Of a stretch of DNA of 64,000 bases, positions 1 to 9,091 are shown in pieces; position 1 is the stretch's first letter; each line of letters begins with the position of its first letter. The stretch lies in NCBI GenBank assembly GCA_046331525.1, contig JAXLQQ010000022.1, positions 9,386 to 73,385 of the forward strand, written 5' to 3'. This DNA is from Blastocatellia bacterium (GTDB taxonomy: Bacteria > Acidobacteriota > Blastocatellia > RBC074). A program made the position numbers and the translations under genes. The notes under the pieces were generated by a model. It worked only from the letters and a program-made list of their open reading frames with translations, did not search any database and was not told the DNA's origin.

Positions 1-735
1 TATATCAGGTTTCACTTTGCTGGCTTGCTCAGTCGTGTCTGCCAATTTTTTCAAAGTTTCTTCGATTCCAGCTAATCGCTTTTCTGTTTCGGCTCCGACA
101 TCACGAAAAGCCTTGACCACATCAGCCAATTCTTTTTCCCGCCGTTGCACGATTTCGCGTTCGGCAACCACCACGCGCAAGCGAGCTTCGTGTGCTTCCT
201 TAACTTGGCGAATTGCGTCGCCTTTATTCGCGTAAGGCATGCGACTCACTTGCGCCTCCAATGCTTCGGGCGTCAATAGCAGATTTAAGTTTTGATAATC
301 GGCTTCGAGCAAGGCCAGCCGATCCCGCACGGTTTTTAGTTCACCCTCGTAGCGGTCTATGCGCAAATCCGTGCGCGTCAGACGCAGGATGTCGGTTTGC
401 ACCTGCTGCCGCGCGTTGTTTGCGCGCACTTCGCCCACCAGATTTTTGACTTCGACCGTCAAACTCTCTACTGCCCGCACCAGCGCGTCCGAAGCGAGCG
501 CATCGGTTTTAGGAGGTGCGACCGATGGCGTAGCGGCTTTCTCTTCCGTCGTTGGCTCACCAGCCTTCTTGTCGTCCGCGTCAATGATCTTGTCAAACTG
601 CGTCGGGTATTTCGTCGGACGCTGTTGTTTGGTTGGCTTTTGCTGCCGGGACGTTTCCTGCGCCTGCACTAGCGCCCAACCATTGAGCATTAACACGAAC
701 GTAAGCAAAATAGAGTTCAATTTAGGGTACTGCAT
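1..735 (-). CDS. Secreted coiled-coil protein. The N-terminus is in the window and the C-terminus runs off the left edge.
   Basis: Not in the ORF track because there is no stop. The reverse complement from the ATG at 735 reads MQYPKLNSILLTFVLMLNGWALVQAQE... (a signal-peptide-like start). It stays open for 245 codons down to base 1, with heptad-like, charged sequence. It starts 7 nt after the stop of the upstream M28 gene. Confidence 0.55.
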   Translation of the reverse strand, partial: MQYPKLNSILLTFVLMLNGWALVQAQETSRQQKPTKQQRPTKYPTQFDKIIDADDKKAGEPTTEEKAATPSVAPPKTDALASDALVRAVESLTVEVKNLVGEVRANNARQQVQTDILRLTRTDLRIDRYEGELKTVRDRLALLEADYQNLNLLLTPEALEAQVSRMPYANKGDAIRQVKEAHEARLRVVVAEREIVQRREKELADVVKAFRDVGAETEKRLAGIEETLKKLADTTEQASKVKPDI

Positions 736-741
736 AAAATT

Positions 742-2139
742 TTACTGCGGTCTGGTTCTGGGAACCGTTTTGGGAAACACCGGGACGCTTGGATTGCCAT
801 CTTTATCAATCGCCTGCACTGCAAAAAAGTAATCATCCTTCGATAACCCTTTCAGGGTGTATTCCGTCACGTTGCCCACGTCAACACTGCCCGTCCAGAA
901 CGGTTGATACGTCTGCCGCCAGACGATGCGATAGCCTGCCACGTCTGGTTCTTTGTTTGCCTGCCAACTGAGCAAGGTATCGTATTCCTGCCGCGCGGAT
1001 TTGAACATCACACCAGCCGGAGCCGCCGGAGCCAGCGCCATACTCGCTAGCGAAGCCGCATTTACGCGCGCGACCTGTGCGATGTAAGCAAAGTCTACCA
1101 TCTCAACTACGTCTCCATATTTGATGCCGTTTTCCTCGCGCACCTTCTGATGCTGGCGCGTGAAGGCTTCGTTGGGTTCCGTAAAGCGGACTGCCGTAAA
1201 TCCCTGTTGCAGGAACGCATTGTGATCGCCGCCGCGTCCATAACGGTCGCGCCGAAAGATCAGGGTCACTTCAAAATTTGGCAAATAACGTTCGCCGACT
1301 TCTTTGATGTATCGGGCAAGTTGTCGCGAAGGGCCGTCATTCTCGCCGCCAACGGATTGACGATTGCGGGCTTCGGCTTCGGTTTCGGTGGTTGGCACGC
1401 CTTCCGAAAACACGCGAACGCGACGATTCTCTCTCACGCCGTTGCCCCCGATGGTGTTCCCGATAATGTCGTTCGTGAACATCGCGGCGATGTTGAGCGA
1501 TTTCTTTTTCGCTTCCGCCGCGTAGTGGGCCGCGCCAAGCAAGCCTTGTTCTTCGCCCGGCACGGTCATAAACACAATCGTTGCGTCGAATTCGTATTTT
1601 GACATCACGCGCGCCATTTCCATCACCGCCGCTGTGCCTGAAGCGTCATCGCTCGCGCCCGGCGCATCGCTTTCGGCATCGGTCATTCCTTGCGAACAGA
1701 CACAGGAGTCATAATGCCCGCTGACCACGTACATACGGTCTTTGGAGGCGTCCTGTTTGCCCGGCAGCGTGCCGATGATGCTGACAAGCCGTGTTGGCTG
1801 CGGCACGCGATTGGCGGCGGGTTGGATGAAATCATCTTCGCTGACAATTAAGCGCCCACCGGATTCTTTGCTGTAGCGCTCAAATTCCGACTTAATCCAT
1901 GCTCGCGCCGCACCAATGCCACGCGTCGGGTTATCCTGACTGGAAAGCGTGTGGCGCGTGCCGAAGCTGGCGAGCTTGCGAATATTGGTTTCGATATTTG
2001 CGGGCGAGATTTCCGCGAGGATTTTTTCGATCTGCGGATTCGGTTTCGGGGAAAGCTGCACTTGCTGAGCCTGTCCTGAAACCAAACCAACAACTGCAAA
2101 CAAGAGGGCAAACGTAAGTAGTTTTCGATGGAGTTTCAT
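742..2139 (-). CDS. M28-family aminopeptidase with a signal peptide and a C-terminal FN3-like domain
   Basis: The ORF 742..2214 contains M28 hallmarks (VVSGHYDS, DDASGTAAVMEMARV, FMTVPGEEQGLLGAAHY). I chose the internal start MKLHRKLLTFALLFAVVGLVSGQAQ at 2139. It gives a signal peptide and an ATGA overlap with the glcF stop. Confidence 0.85.
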   Translation of the reverse strand: MKLHRKLLTFALLFAVVGLVSGQAQQVQLSPKPNPQIEKILAEISPANIETNIRKLASFGTRHTLSSQDNPTRGIGAARAWIKSEFERYSKESGGRLIVSEDDFIQPAANRVPQPTRLVSIIGTLPGKQDASKDRMYVVSGHYDSCVCSQGMTDAESDAPGASDDASGTAAVMEMARVMSKYEFDATIVFMTVPGEEQGLLGAAHYAAEAKKKSLNIAAMFTNDIIGNTIGGNGVRENRRVRVFSEGVPTTETEAEARNRQSVGGENDGPSRQLARYIKEVGERYLPNFEVTLIFRRDRYGRGGDHNAFLQQGFTAVRFTEPNEAFTRQHQKVREENGIKYGDVVEMVDFAYIAQVARVNAASLASMALAPAAPAGVMFKSARQEYDTLLSWQANKEPDVAGYRIVWRQTYQPFWTGSVDVGNVTEYTLKGLSKDDYFFAVQAIDKDGNPSVPVFPKTVPRTRPQ

Positions 2140-3512
2140 ACGGGTGATTGATCGTAATAACCGGCTTTGCGATAGGATTCGTCGAGCACTTCGACGACGT
2201 GAACAACTTTGCAATCGGCACCTTTCGTGCGACAGCCCGCACCGAGTTGCATGTGACAGCCCGGATTGGCTGTCATCAGCAGTTGTGCGCCTGTCGCCTT
2301 CACCTTGTCAATCTTGTCGGTGAGAATTTTGTCGGACATTTCCGGCTCACTCAGATTGTAAATGCCTGCGCCGCCGCAGCAATCCTGCATGCCGTTGAGC
2401 GGCTTGAAATCCAGATTTGGAATCGCGGCTTTCAGCACTTCCTGCGGGGCAGCGGTGATGCGTTGCGCGTGATACAAATGGCACGGCGCATCGTAGGTAA
2501 CCGATTCGTCAATTGGCGCGCCCTCGCGCACACCCATTTTGTGCAGGTATTCTGACACATCGCGCACGCGGCTGCTGAATTCGTGCGCGAGCGCTGCGTA
2601 GTTTTCATCGTCCTTCAACAATTCGCCGTATTCTTTCAGCATCGCGCCACAGCCGGCTGAATTGATGATAATCAGCGATTTGTAATTATTCTCGAATGCC
2701 TCGATATTCTTGCGCGCCAGCTCTCGCGCCAATTCGATTTCGCCTGCATGTGCGTGCAGCGCGCCACAGCAAACCTGCGTTTTCACTGGCACCAGAAACG
2801 CACCGTTCGCCACCAGGACACGCGATGTGGCATCATTCGTGTGCTTGAACAAGCCTTCCATCACGCAGCCCGTGAAAACCGACACCTCGCGCTTTTCGTT
2901 GAGCGGTTTGTCTTCGACCGCCACCGATTCCAACACCTTGCGTTGTTTACGACGACTGAGCTTTGAACCCAGTACCGGCTTGGTCGAAAGCAACAGCGAC
3001 AGCGCAAATTCGGCTTGCGGCGAGATTTTATTCATCAACTGACGCAATGGCTTAAACCACAACGCAAATGACAGCAGGCCGCTGTCACGGAAGAAACGAT
3101 TCAGCGACATCACCTGCGCGAATTTTTTAGGGAAAGGAAAGAGTTCTTTTAGCGCCCGCGCGAGCATTTTCTGCGGCATCGTCTCCGGCTTCTTCACACC
3201 GGTACGCACAAGCGAAGCACGCGTTGTTTCCAGCAAATGACCATATTCCACCCCTGCGGGACAGGCTGTCTCGCAAGCCCGACAGCCCAAACACAAATCA
3301 ATATGCTTGCCAAAACGTTCATTATCGAGATCAAGCCGCCCCTCTACCACCGAACGCATTAGCAAAATGCGCCCACGCGGGCTGTCGTTTTCGTTACCGA
3401 GTTGTAAATAAGTGGGACACGCCTGCAAACAAAGGCCACAATGAATGCAGCCGAGGAGTTTATCGGTTTCCGCATCAACAGCGGATTTTAATTGCGTCAG
3501 TTGAATAGTCAT
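2136..3512 (-). CDS. glcF: Glycolate oxidase iron-sulfur subunit, an (Fe-S)-binding protein with CCG domains
   Basis: It has two ferredoxin-type clusters (CIHCGLCLQACP, CLGCRACETACP). The C-terminal cysteine-rich CCG repeats are CCGA..H and CCGGAG. Confidence 0.85.
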   Translation of the reverse strand: MTIQLTQLKSAVDAETDKLLGCIHCGLCLQACPTYLQLGNENDSPRGRILLMRSVVEGRLDLDNERFGKHIDLCLGCRACETACPAGVEYGHLLETTRASLVRTGVKKPETMPQKMLARALKELFPFPKKFAQVMSLNRFFRDSGLLSFALWFKPLRQLMNKISPQAEFALSLLLSTKPVLGSKLSRRKQRKVLESVAVEDKPLNEKREVSVFTGCVMEGLFKHTNDATSRVLVANGAFLVPVKTQVCCGALHAHAGEIELARELARKNIEAFENNYKSLIIINSAGCGAMLKEYGELLKDDENYAALAHEFSSRVRDVSEYLHKMGVREGAPIDESVTYDAPCHLYHAQRITAAPQEVLKAAIPNLDFKPLNGMQDCCGGAGIYNLSEPEMSDKILTDKIDKVKATGAQLLMTANPGCHMQLGAGCRTKGADCKVVHVVEVLDESYRKAGYYDQSPV

Positions 3513-3613
3513 TGTCAGTTGTCAGTTGTCAGAAGTCAGTTGCCCGCTGCCCGTCGTTTATTGCCAAAGTCTCCCGCAACCAACAACAGCCAACTGGCAA
3601 CGGCCAACTGACT
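3513..3613. repeat. Tandem-heptamer hairpin element of the TGTCAGT family between glcE and glcF
   Basis: TGTCAGT occurs 3 times (3513-3533), followed later by the complementary CAAC-type units GGCAACGGCCAACTGAC. A hand fold gives a 17-bp stem with 1 mismatch. The element abuts the glcF ATG. Confidence 0.6.
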
Positions 3614-3616
3614 ATT

Positions 3617-4984
3617 TTAAATTCCCGCGACAAATCGGCCGGGGTTGAGCAGATTTTGCGGGTCGAATTTTTCTTTCAGCGCGTGCATCAAAACGGCGGT
3701 TGGCCCAACTTCGCCCCACACGTCAATGTGCGATTTCAGTTCAAGCGGTGCACGCAGAATCACCATATTTCCGCCGTGTGCCTGTGCACGGCTGCGCAAT
3801 TCGGCAATACGTTTTGGACGCTCTTTGGTGCGAAACCAGGCTAATGCATCGTTGCTGGCATGCACGCGAATCACGCCATTGCCCGCATGTACGCGCAACA
3901 TCGAAAGCGGCGATTCGGGCAAATACTTTTGCAGGTCGGCAATCATTGCGGGCAGGTCGGCGGGCTTCACGCTCAGCTTGAAAATCAAATCCCATTCCTG
4001 CGAAATTTCAGTTTCGCGGTATCGTTCCCAGAACTGTGCTGCCGCGTCCGAGCTGAGCTGCAGCGATCTGCAACCGACTGCAAGGCGCAAGGCTTCAGCG
4101 ATTTGCCAGCGAATCGTTTCTTCCTCCCCAATGAACTGTAACGCCAGAGCGTAATTGCCGTCGCTGCTTGTCGTGATTTCAATGTCGGCGTCCGTCACAT
4201 TGGCCGACAGCAATTCCAGCATGGTCGGTTTGACATCTGAGAGCCGCAACCGCGCGGCCAGTTCGCATGCCTGATTGACATCGGTTGCGGCCAGAATCAA
4301 GGTGCGTTCCAGCGGCGGCAACGCGAACAGCTTGAAACTGATTTCCGTGATGATGCCAAGCGTGCCATAGCTGCCCGTGTACATTTTGCACAAATCATAC
4401 CCGGCCACATTCTTCACTACCTTGCCGCCCGCGCGGGTCGTTAACCCGTAGGCATGTACCACCTGCATCCCAATCACCCAATCGCGTGGCGTACCATACG
4501 CACAACGCAGCGGACCGGAACTGGCCGTCGCGACTGTCGCGCCAAGGGTGGAATCTTCGTGCCCGAAAGGATCAAGCGGAATCCATTGCCGATGTTGTGC
4601 CGCCTGTTGATTGAAGCCCTGCAAGGTGCAACCGGCTTCGACAGTTGCCGTTAAATCTGCTGGTTCATATTCCAGCACACGATCCATTTTGGCCGTCGAA
4701 AGGATCAGATGTGCACGCACGGGCGGGTTGCCCATATTTAGCCACGTCCCCGCTCCGGCGGGAATCACCGTCAAACCTTCACTCGTCGCAAAGCTGAGCA
4801 TTTCGCTCAACTCAGTCACCGTTTGCGGCAAAGCAATCGCGCGGCTCGGTTCGCCCACGATGCGGTAATGTTCCCCGATGGCGAGCAAAGCACGGTCGGC
4901 ACCAAACGATTCGGTCAAGCGCCGATGAATGGCTTCGGGAGCTTTTTCTTTAGAGTTAACTTCTGCGCGTAAATGTTCCTGCAT
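3617..4984 (-). CDS. glcE: Glycolate oxidase FAD-binding subunit (GlcE-like, PCMH-type FAD-binding domain)
   Basis: The ORF is 455 aa. It contains VIPAGAGTW, and GGKVVKNVAGYDLCKMYTGSYGTLGIITE is typical of FAD-linked oxidases. It lies directly upstream of glcF. Confidence 0.8.
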   Translation of the reverse strand: MQEHLRAEVNSKEKAPEAIHRRLTESFGADRALLAIGEHYRIVGEPSRAIALPQTVTELSEMLSFATSEGLTVIPAGAGTWLNMGNPPVRAHLILSTAKMDRVLEYEPADLTATVEAGCTLQGFNQQAAQHRQWIPLDPFGHEDSTLGATVATASSGPLRCAYGTPRDWVIGMQVVHAYGLTTRAGGKVVKNVAGYDLCKMYTGSYGTLGIITEISFKLFALPPLERTLILAATDVNQACELAARLRLSDVKPTMLELLSANVTDADIEITTSSDGNYALALQFIGEEETIRWQIAEALRLAVGCRSLQLSSDAAAQFWERYRETEISQEWDLIFKLSVKPADLPAMIADLQKYLPESPLSMLRVHAGNGVIRVHASNDALAWFRTKERPKRIAELRSRAQAHGGNMVILRAPLELKSHIDVWGEVGPTAVLMHALKEKFDPQNLLNPGRFVAGI

Positions 4985-5132
4985 GAATTTACTTCACTAG
5001 CGAGTTTTTGTATGGTGTCGAGTTAGAATCGCCGTTGTCTGCAAGGTTGCCCTTTGGCGCTGCAATTTTCCTGTAGAATACCGCAAAGGATGCAGCTTAG
5101 CATCCGAGAAAGAACCTGTGCAAACAAAAGAA

Positions 5133-5162
5133 TTGACACTGCTTGCCCGCGTAGCCTAAATT
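5133..5162 (+). promoter_or_regulatory. Candidate sigma70-type promoter (TTGACA-N18-TAAATT)
   Basis: TTGACA lies at 5133-5138 and TAAATT at 5157-5162, about 90 nt upstream of the 5252 ORF. Confidence 0.3.
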
Positions 5163-5251
5163 TTAAGCGACCGTACAAAAATACAACAGGATTGACCGGA
5201 ACACGCGCAGTCAACAACATTGCGTGACACTTCCGCGTCCTGGAAAGGACA

Positions 5252-5506
5252 TTGAGGATGCTTCCCTCATCTGCATCCACTGAATTGCCAATTCACGCTC
5301 CCCATTCCGATTCCCTCACGGCGGATCGGCAACTCCATTTCATCTGTGAAGGCTGGAAAAAGGGCTTGGATTTTGCGGGGCTGCGCCGTTTGGTGGCACG
5401 CTTTTACGGCGCAGAGCGCAAGCCGTACCAATTGCATTGGACAGAAGTTGACCGCCTGATTATTGAAATCTGGTTGCAGGATATTCGCAAAGAGATAAGC
5501 CGCTAA
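5252..5506 (+). CDS. Small hypothetical protein (84 aa)
   Basis: This is the only ORF in the 4985-5578 gap with protein-like composition. AAGGA lies 9 nt upstream of the ATG, and the candidate promoter is at 5133. I recognise no family. Confidence 0.35.
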   Translation: MRMLPSSASTELPIHAPHSDSLTADRQLHFICEGWKKGLDFAGLRRLVARFYGAERKPYQLHWTEVDRLIIEIWLQDIRKEISR

Positions 5507-5516
5507 CAACGCGCCA

Positions 5517-5556
5517 AACAAAAAAGCCAGCACAGCCTTGCCGACTGTCCTGGCTC
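5517..5556 (-). terminator. Rho-independent terminator after atpE
   Basis: On the minus strand, GCCAGGACAG..(9-nt loop)..CUGUGCUGGC forms a 10-bp stem with 1 mismatch. It is followed by a UUUUUU(G)UUU run. Confidence 0.55.
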
Positions 5557-5578
5557 TTGTACCAAGCAAACATTTCGC

Positions 5579-5881
5579 TTACGCGCCGACTTTCAAGAAG
5601 ACGATCACGAACGCAAAGATGATCGCGGTTTCGACGAATGCAAGACCGAGCAACATCAGCGTTTGAATACGTCCCGCCGCACCGGGATTGCGCGCCGCGC
5701 CTTCGCACGCGGAGGAAGCGATTTTGCCGTGACCAAGCGCGGCCAGACCAGCCGCGATACCAAAGCCGATGCCCGCACCCAGGTAGCCATATCCTTTGTC
5801 GGAAACACCGCCACCCGTTTGTGCCAGCGCCGGAAGCGCAGCGAACATCATTCCCATCAGGGCCAATACGATTCTTTTCAT
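5579..5881 (-). CDS. atpE: F-type ATP synthase Fo subunit c with an N-terminal signal-peptide-like extension
   Basis: It has the glycine-zipper helix GAGIGFGIAAGLAALGHG, the loop ARNPGA, and the carboxylate helix LAFVETAIIFAF. The first 21 aa (MKRIVLALMGMMFAALPALAQ) look like a signal peptide. AAGGAG lies upstream. Confidence 0.9.
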   Translation of the reverse strand: MKRIVLALMGMMFAALPALAQTGGGVSDKGYGYLGAGIGFGIAAGLAALGHGKIASSACEGAARNPGAAGRIQTLMLLGLAFVETAIIFAFVIVFLKVGA

Positions 5882-6133
5882 GTCAATTTTCTCCTTTGTC
5901 TACGAGTTAAATGTACGAAACACATCGTTTCGTGTCGCAAAGGACGTCAGCAGCAAAATCACTATCGACTGATTCAGGGTATAAGTTCGACGTCAGGGAT
6001 TCAGTTGCACTTTTGGGAAAGGCAAGGCTCCATGCAACGTTTACGGTACTGCAATGCGAATCAACAGAAAGCTATTTCGCTTTTGACATCCTAATTATCA
6101 AAAAGCTGTTCTGAGACTAAATCGCCAATCCTT

Positions 6134-7069
6134 CTAGTGTGCATGCGCCGCTTCGCCGTGTCCGCCGTGATCGTCTTCGTGATGGGACATTTCGGCGATG
6201 TACAGCATTGAAAGCACAATAAAAATAAACGTTTGCAGGAATGTCGCCAGCAACGCGAGCGGCAAGAGCAAAATCGGCACGCCCCACGGCGCAAGGCCGG
6301 CAATCACGCCGCTGACCTGCTCCTCGCCGTAGATATTTCCGAACAGACGCAAGCTCAAGCTCAGAATGCGCGCGAGATGGCTGACGATTTCAATCAAAAA
6401 CATCAGCGGTGCCAGAATCGCTACCGGCCCCATAAAATGCTTCAGATAGCCGACGATTCCGTTTTCCCTAATGCCGATGGCGTTGTAGTACAGAAACGAA
6501 GTCAGCGCGAGCGCGAGCGTCACGTTCAAATTTGCCGTCGGCGAAATTAGACCGGGAATAAAGCCAATAAAGTTCGACAGGAAAATTAACAACGCAAATG
6601 TCGCAATCACCGGGAAATGCTTGAGGCCGTGCGGGCCAACCAAATCTTTCAGCATATCGCGGATCGCTTCGACGCCGACTTCAAACGTTTGTTGCTTGTG
6701 CGACGGCGAATCGGTCGAAAGCTTGCCGCGCAGAATCGTCAGTACTACAACGGCAATAAATACCACGATCAGAAACATCACGATTTGCGTCGGAATCGGC
6801 AAATTACCAGCGGCCATGTACTGCTCCGCTGTCATTCCCTGCCCCGGCCAATGCGAACCGAACAGGCCGTAAATCGGCGGCATAATTTTTTCTTCCAACG
6901 CGAACGCAGCCGAACCAAATAAATGATTTACCTGCTCGACCAGCCACGGAACGTGTTCGCCGCTATGGCCGTGTTCTGCCGCCGTCGCCCCCTCGCCCGC
7001 TGCTTCTAACGCGCCCTCGGCGGGCTTGATGCCGTGTTCCTGTAAGAAAGCCAAAAATGCTAAGAGCAT
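6134..7069 (-). CDS. atpB: F-type ATP synthase Fo subunit a
   Basis: It has the conserved arginine helix [15 protein letters not shown] and multiple transmembrane segments. The C-terminal tail is unusually His-rich ([16 protein letters not shown]). Confidence 0.9.
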   Translation of the reverse strand: MLLAFLAFLQEHGIKPAEGALEAAGEGATAAEHGHSGEHVPWLVEQVNHLFGSAAFALEEKIMPPIYGLFGSHWPGQGMTAEQYMAAGNLPIPTQIVMFLIVVFIAVVVLTILRGKLSTDSPSHKQQTFEVGVEAIRDMLKDLVGPHGLKHFPVIATFALLIFLSNFIGFIPGLISPTANLNVTLALALTSFLYYNAIGIRENGIVGYLKHFMGPVAILAPLMFLIEIVSHLARILSLSLRLFGNIYGEEQVSGVIAGLAPWGVPILLLPLALLATFLQTFIFIVLSMLYIAEMSHHEDDHGGHGEAAHAH

Positions 7070-7073
7070 AAAA

Positions 7074-7493
7074 TCAGTTCTTAAAAGTGATTAGTTGATA
7101 GAACGCTTCGACCATACTGGCCAGCACAAATGTCGTGAAGCCCAAACCAATGCCGAGCAAATGAAAATAGCCGCTCTGCATCGCGAACATCATTACCATC
7201 GCAATAATCAAAAAACGAAAAACAAATTTGGAAGCGCGCGGCACCGATGGCGTTCCCGTCGCGCTGGCAATCTCAATCATTGCCTTTGTGCTGGAACTGA
7301 GCCAACGTTCATTGAATAAGCTTAGCGCGCCACCCAGCGCGAAGCCCAGCGCCATTTTCAATCCCGCCAACGCAGCAGCGAGAACAACGCCAACAACAAT
7401 CAGCGCCACCGTGATGCGGCGCAATCGCCGCTCCAAGACAACTGGATCAGGAGCCACATCAGGAATCATTTCGTTGTGCTGAACATTGTCCAT
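7074..7493 (-). CDS. atpI: AtpI-like small membrane protein (ATP synthase protein I family)
   Basis: It is 139 aa with hydrophobic helices. Its stop lies 5 nt before the atpB start, the classical atpI position. Confidence 0.55.
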   Translation of the reverse strand: MDNVQHNEMIPDVAPDPVVLERRLRRITVALIVVGVVLAAALAGLKMALGFALGGALSLFNERWLSSSTKAMIEIASATGTPSVPRASKFVFRFLIIAMVMMFAMQSGYFHLLGIGLGFTTFVLASMVEAFYQLITFKN

Positions 7494-7564
7494 AGCTGCC
7501 TCATCCCAGGCTTCTGAAATCGTGCATCTTAGCTTGCACGCGGCAAGCTGGCAAGCGCCTTCCT

Positions 7565-9091
7565 TTAATGGCGCAAAAACAAGCTCTCAATCTCATCCGT
7601 TAGTTCCTGCCCACGCCCCAGCATTTCCTCAACTTCTGTGCGCCGCGCCTGCGCGTAATCGTCATCATTGATCGCATCTACATTCGCGCAGACGTTGTAG
7701 TACGCGCCCCGCATTGCGGCCAGCGCCATTTGCGCACCAGTCGGCAATTCAGGAAAAAACTCCGCATCACCAAACTCCGCCAGTTCGCTCAGCAACTCCA
7801 GGATTTGCAACGCCGCTTCCGTCACGCGCAGCGGAATTGCCAGCGCGCCTTTCGTCGCTTGTTCAATCGCATTCTGCCGCGCGATTTTCTCTGCCTCGGT
7901 CGTGTCCGGCAGCGCCTGCGCATCCAGCACACGAGCAAAACTATCCGCGTCGTCGGCAACCGCATGGCGCAAATCCACGCCGATTTCTTCCAACTCCGCC
8001 AGGACTTCCTCAATTTCCGGTTCCGCCGAATCCGCCAGCTTGCACACCATTGCGCCGAGCGAAGCCGCGAGCACGCCCGCGTATGCCGCGACGCTGCCGC
8101 TGGCCGGAATCTGTGTTCCGGCTGCCACATCTTCGGCTAACGAACCAAGTTGTGATTCGTTGAAAACAGAAACCGCCTGCGATTCGTTCAGCTTCAGCTG
8201 CAAGCGATTTTCCAGCACCAACGAGTCGTTGAAGTTTTCGATCTGTAAATAAAAATCCGCGCAAGCATTGAGCGCGGCTTGTGGAATCAAGCCGATAATT
8301 TCGCTGCCCGCGATGCGTACGCCGTAGCGTTCGGCTTCGCGCCTGACCATTTCAAACACGCGAAAAATCGGCGTCGCTTCGTAATTCACCAGATTCATCG
8401 AAACCTGTACCTGCCGCCGCCCCGCGAGTTCAAAGCCGAGCGCCTTCACATACTGCAACCCACCATCACGCCCGCGAATCGCCTTGGCAACCTTGCGCGC
8501 AATCGTCAAATCATCGGTTGCCAGATTGATGTTGTAGGCAATGAGCGGTGCCCGCGCTCCCACTGCTACTGCGCCCGCCGTCGGATGAATTTTTGCTTCG
8601 CCAAAATCCGGCGCACGTTCGTGACTGACAGCAATCACATCACGCAATCCTTCAAATTCGCCGCGCCGCACATTCGCCAGATCAATCCGTTCCGGTCGCG
8701 TCGCCGCGTGTTCGTAAAGGTACACCGGCACGCGCAGTTCCCGTGTAATCCGCTCGCCCGCACGTCGTGCCAGCGCCACACACTCGCTCATCGTCACGCC
8801 CTTGATCGGCACAAACGGGATGACATCTACCGCGCCCAGACGTGGATGCTCGCCCGTGTGATGGTTCAAATCAATCAACTCCACCGCCCGCGCCGCAGCG
8901 AGTACCGCCGCCTCTAATGCGGCCTCTGGCTCGCCCGCAAACGTAATCACCGAACGATGATGATCCGCGTCCATCGTTTGATCAAGCACAACAACATTCG
9001 GCACAGAAGCGATTGCCGACGCGATGGCATTCACAACACTGACATCACGGCCTTCGCTGAAGTTGGGGATGCATTCAACGATCTTGTTCAT
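7565..9091 (-). CDS. ftcD: Bifunctional glutamate formimidoyltransferase / formimidoyltetrahydrofolate cyclodeaminase
   Basis: The N-terminus MNKIVECIPNFSEGRD is the formiminotransferase signature. The C-terminal 190 aa or so are helical and cyclodeaminase-like. At 508 aa it is a fused architecture. Confidence 0.85.
   Translation of the reverse strand: MNKIVECIPNFSEGRDVSVVNAIASAIASVPNVVVLDQTMDADHHRSVITFAGEPEAALEAAVLAAARAVELIDLNHHTGEHPRLGAVDVIPFVPIKGVTMSECVALARRAGERITRELRVPVYLYEHAATRPERIDLANVRRGEFEGLRDVIAVSHERAPDFGEAKIHPTAGAVAVGARAPLIAYNINLATDDLTIARKVAKAIRGRDGGLQYVKALGFELAGRRQVQVSMNLVNYEATPIFRVFEMVRREAERYGVRIAGSEIIGLIPQAALNACADFYLQIENFNDSLVLENRLQLKLNESQAVSVFNESQLGSLAEDVAAGTQIPASGSVAAYAGVLAASLGAMVCKLADSAEPEIEEVLAELEEIGVDLRHAVADDADSFARVLDAQALPDTTEAEKIARQNAIEQATKGALAIPLRVTEAALQILELLSELAEFGDAEFFPELPTGAQMALAAMRGAYYNVCANVDAINDDDYAQARRTEVEEMLGRGQELTDEIESLFLRH

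Noticed and set aside
17-832. Several plus-strand ORFs at the left edge (17..235, 213..449, 359..832, 397..672)
   Set aside because: They are antisense to the uninterrupted 245-codon minus-strand frame, which starts with a signal peptide at 735 and follows the M28 gene by 7 nt. Their sequences are Ala/Arg/Ser-rich shadow translations.
742-2214. Upstream-extended versions of track ORFs: 742..2214, 22439..24847, 53678..54763, 31375..32661, 40460..41863, 58163..58699, 19244..20488 and 25881..27557
   Set aside because: Internal starts give signal peptides or canonical family N-termini and remove overlaps with neighbouring genes or repeat elements. The extensions translate intergenic or neighbouring-gene sequence.
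3513-3540. Tandem heptamers here and at 20492, 52969 and 34208 considered as CRISPR or VNTR arrays
   Set aside because: The units are only 7-24 nt and directly abutting, with no unique spacers and no cas genes. Each array is followed by its own reverse complement, so they are hairpin arms rather than CRISPR.
5579-5881. Possible Na+-specific c subunit, because E is followed by T in FVETAIIF
   Set aside because: The rest of the Na+ signature as I remember it is not present: the Gln in helix 1 is Asn in ARNPGA here, and the Tyr four residues after the S/T is Phe here. There is no support for calling ion specificity.
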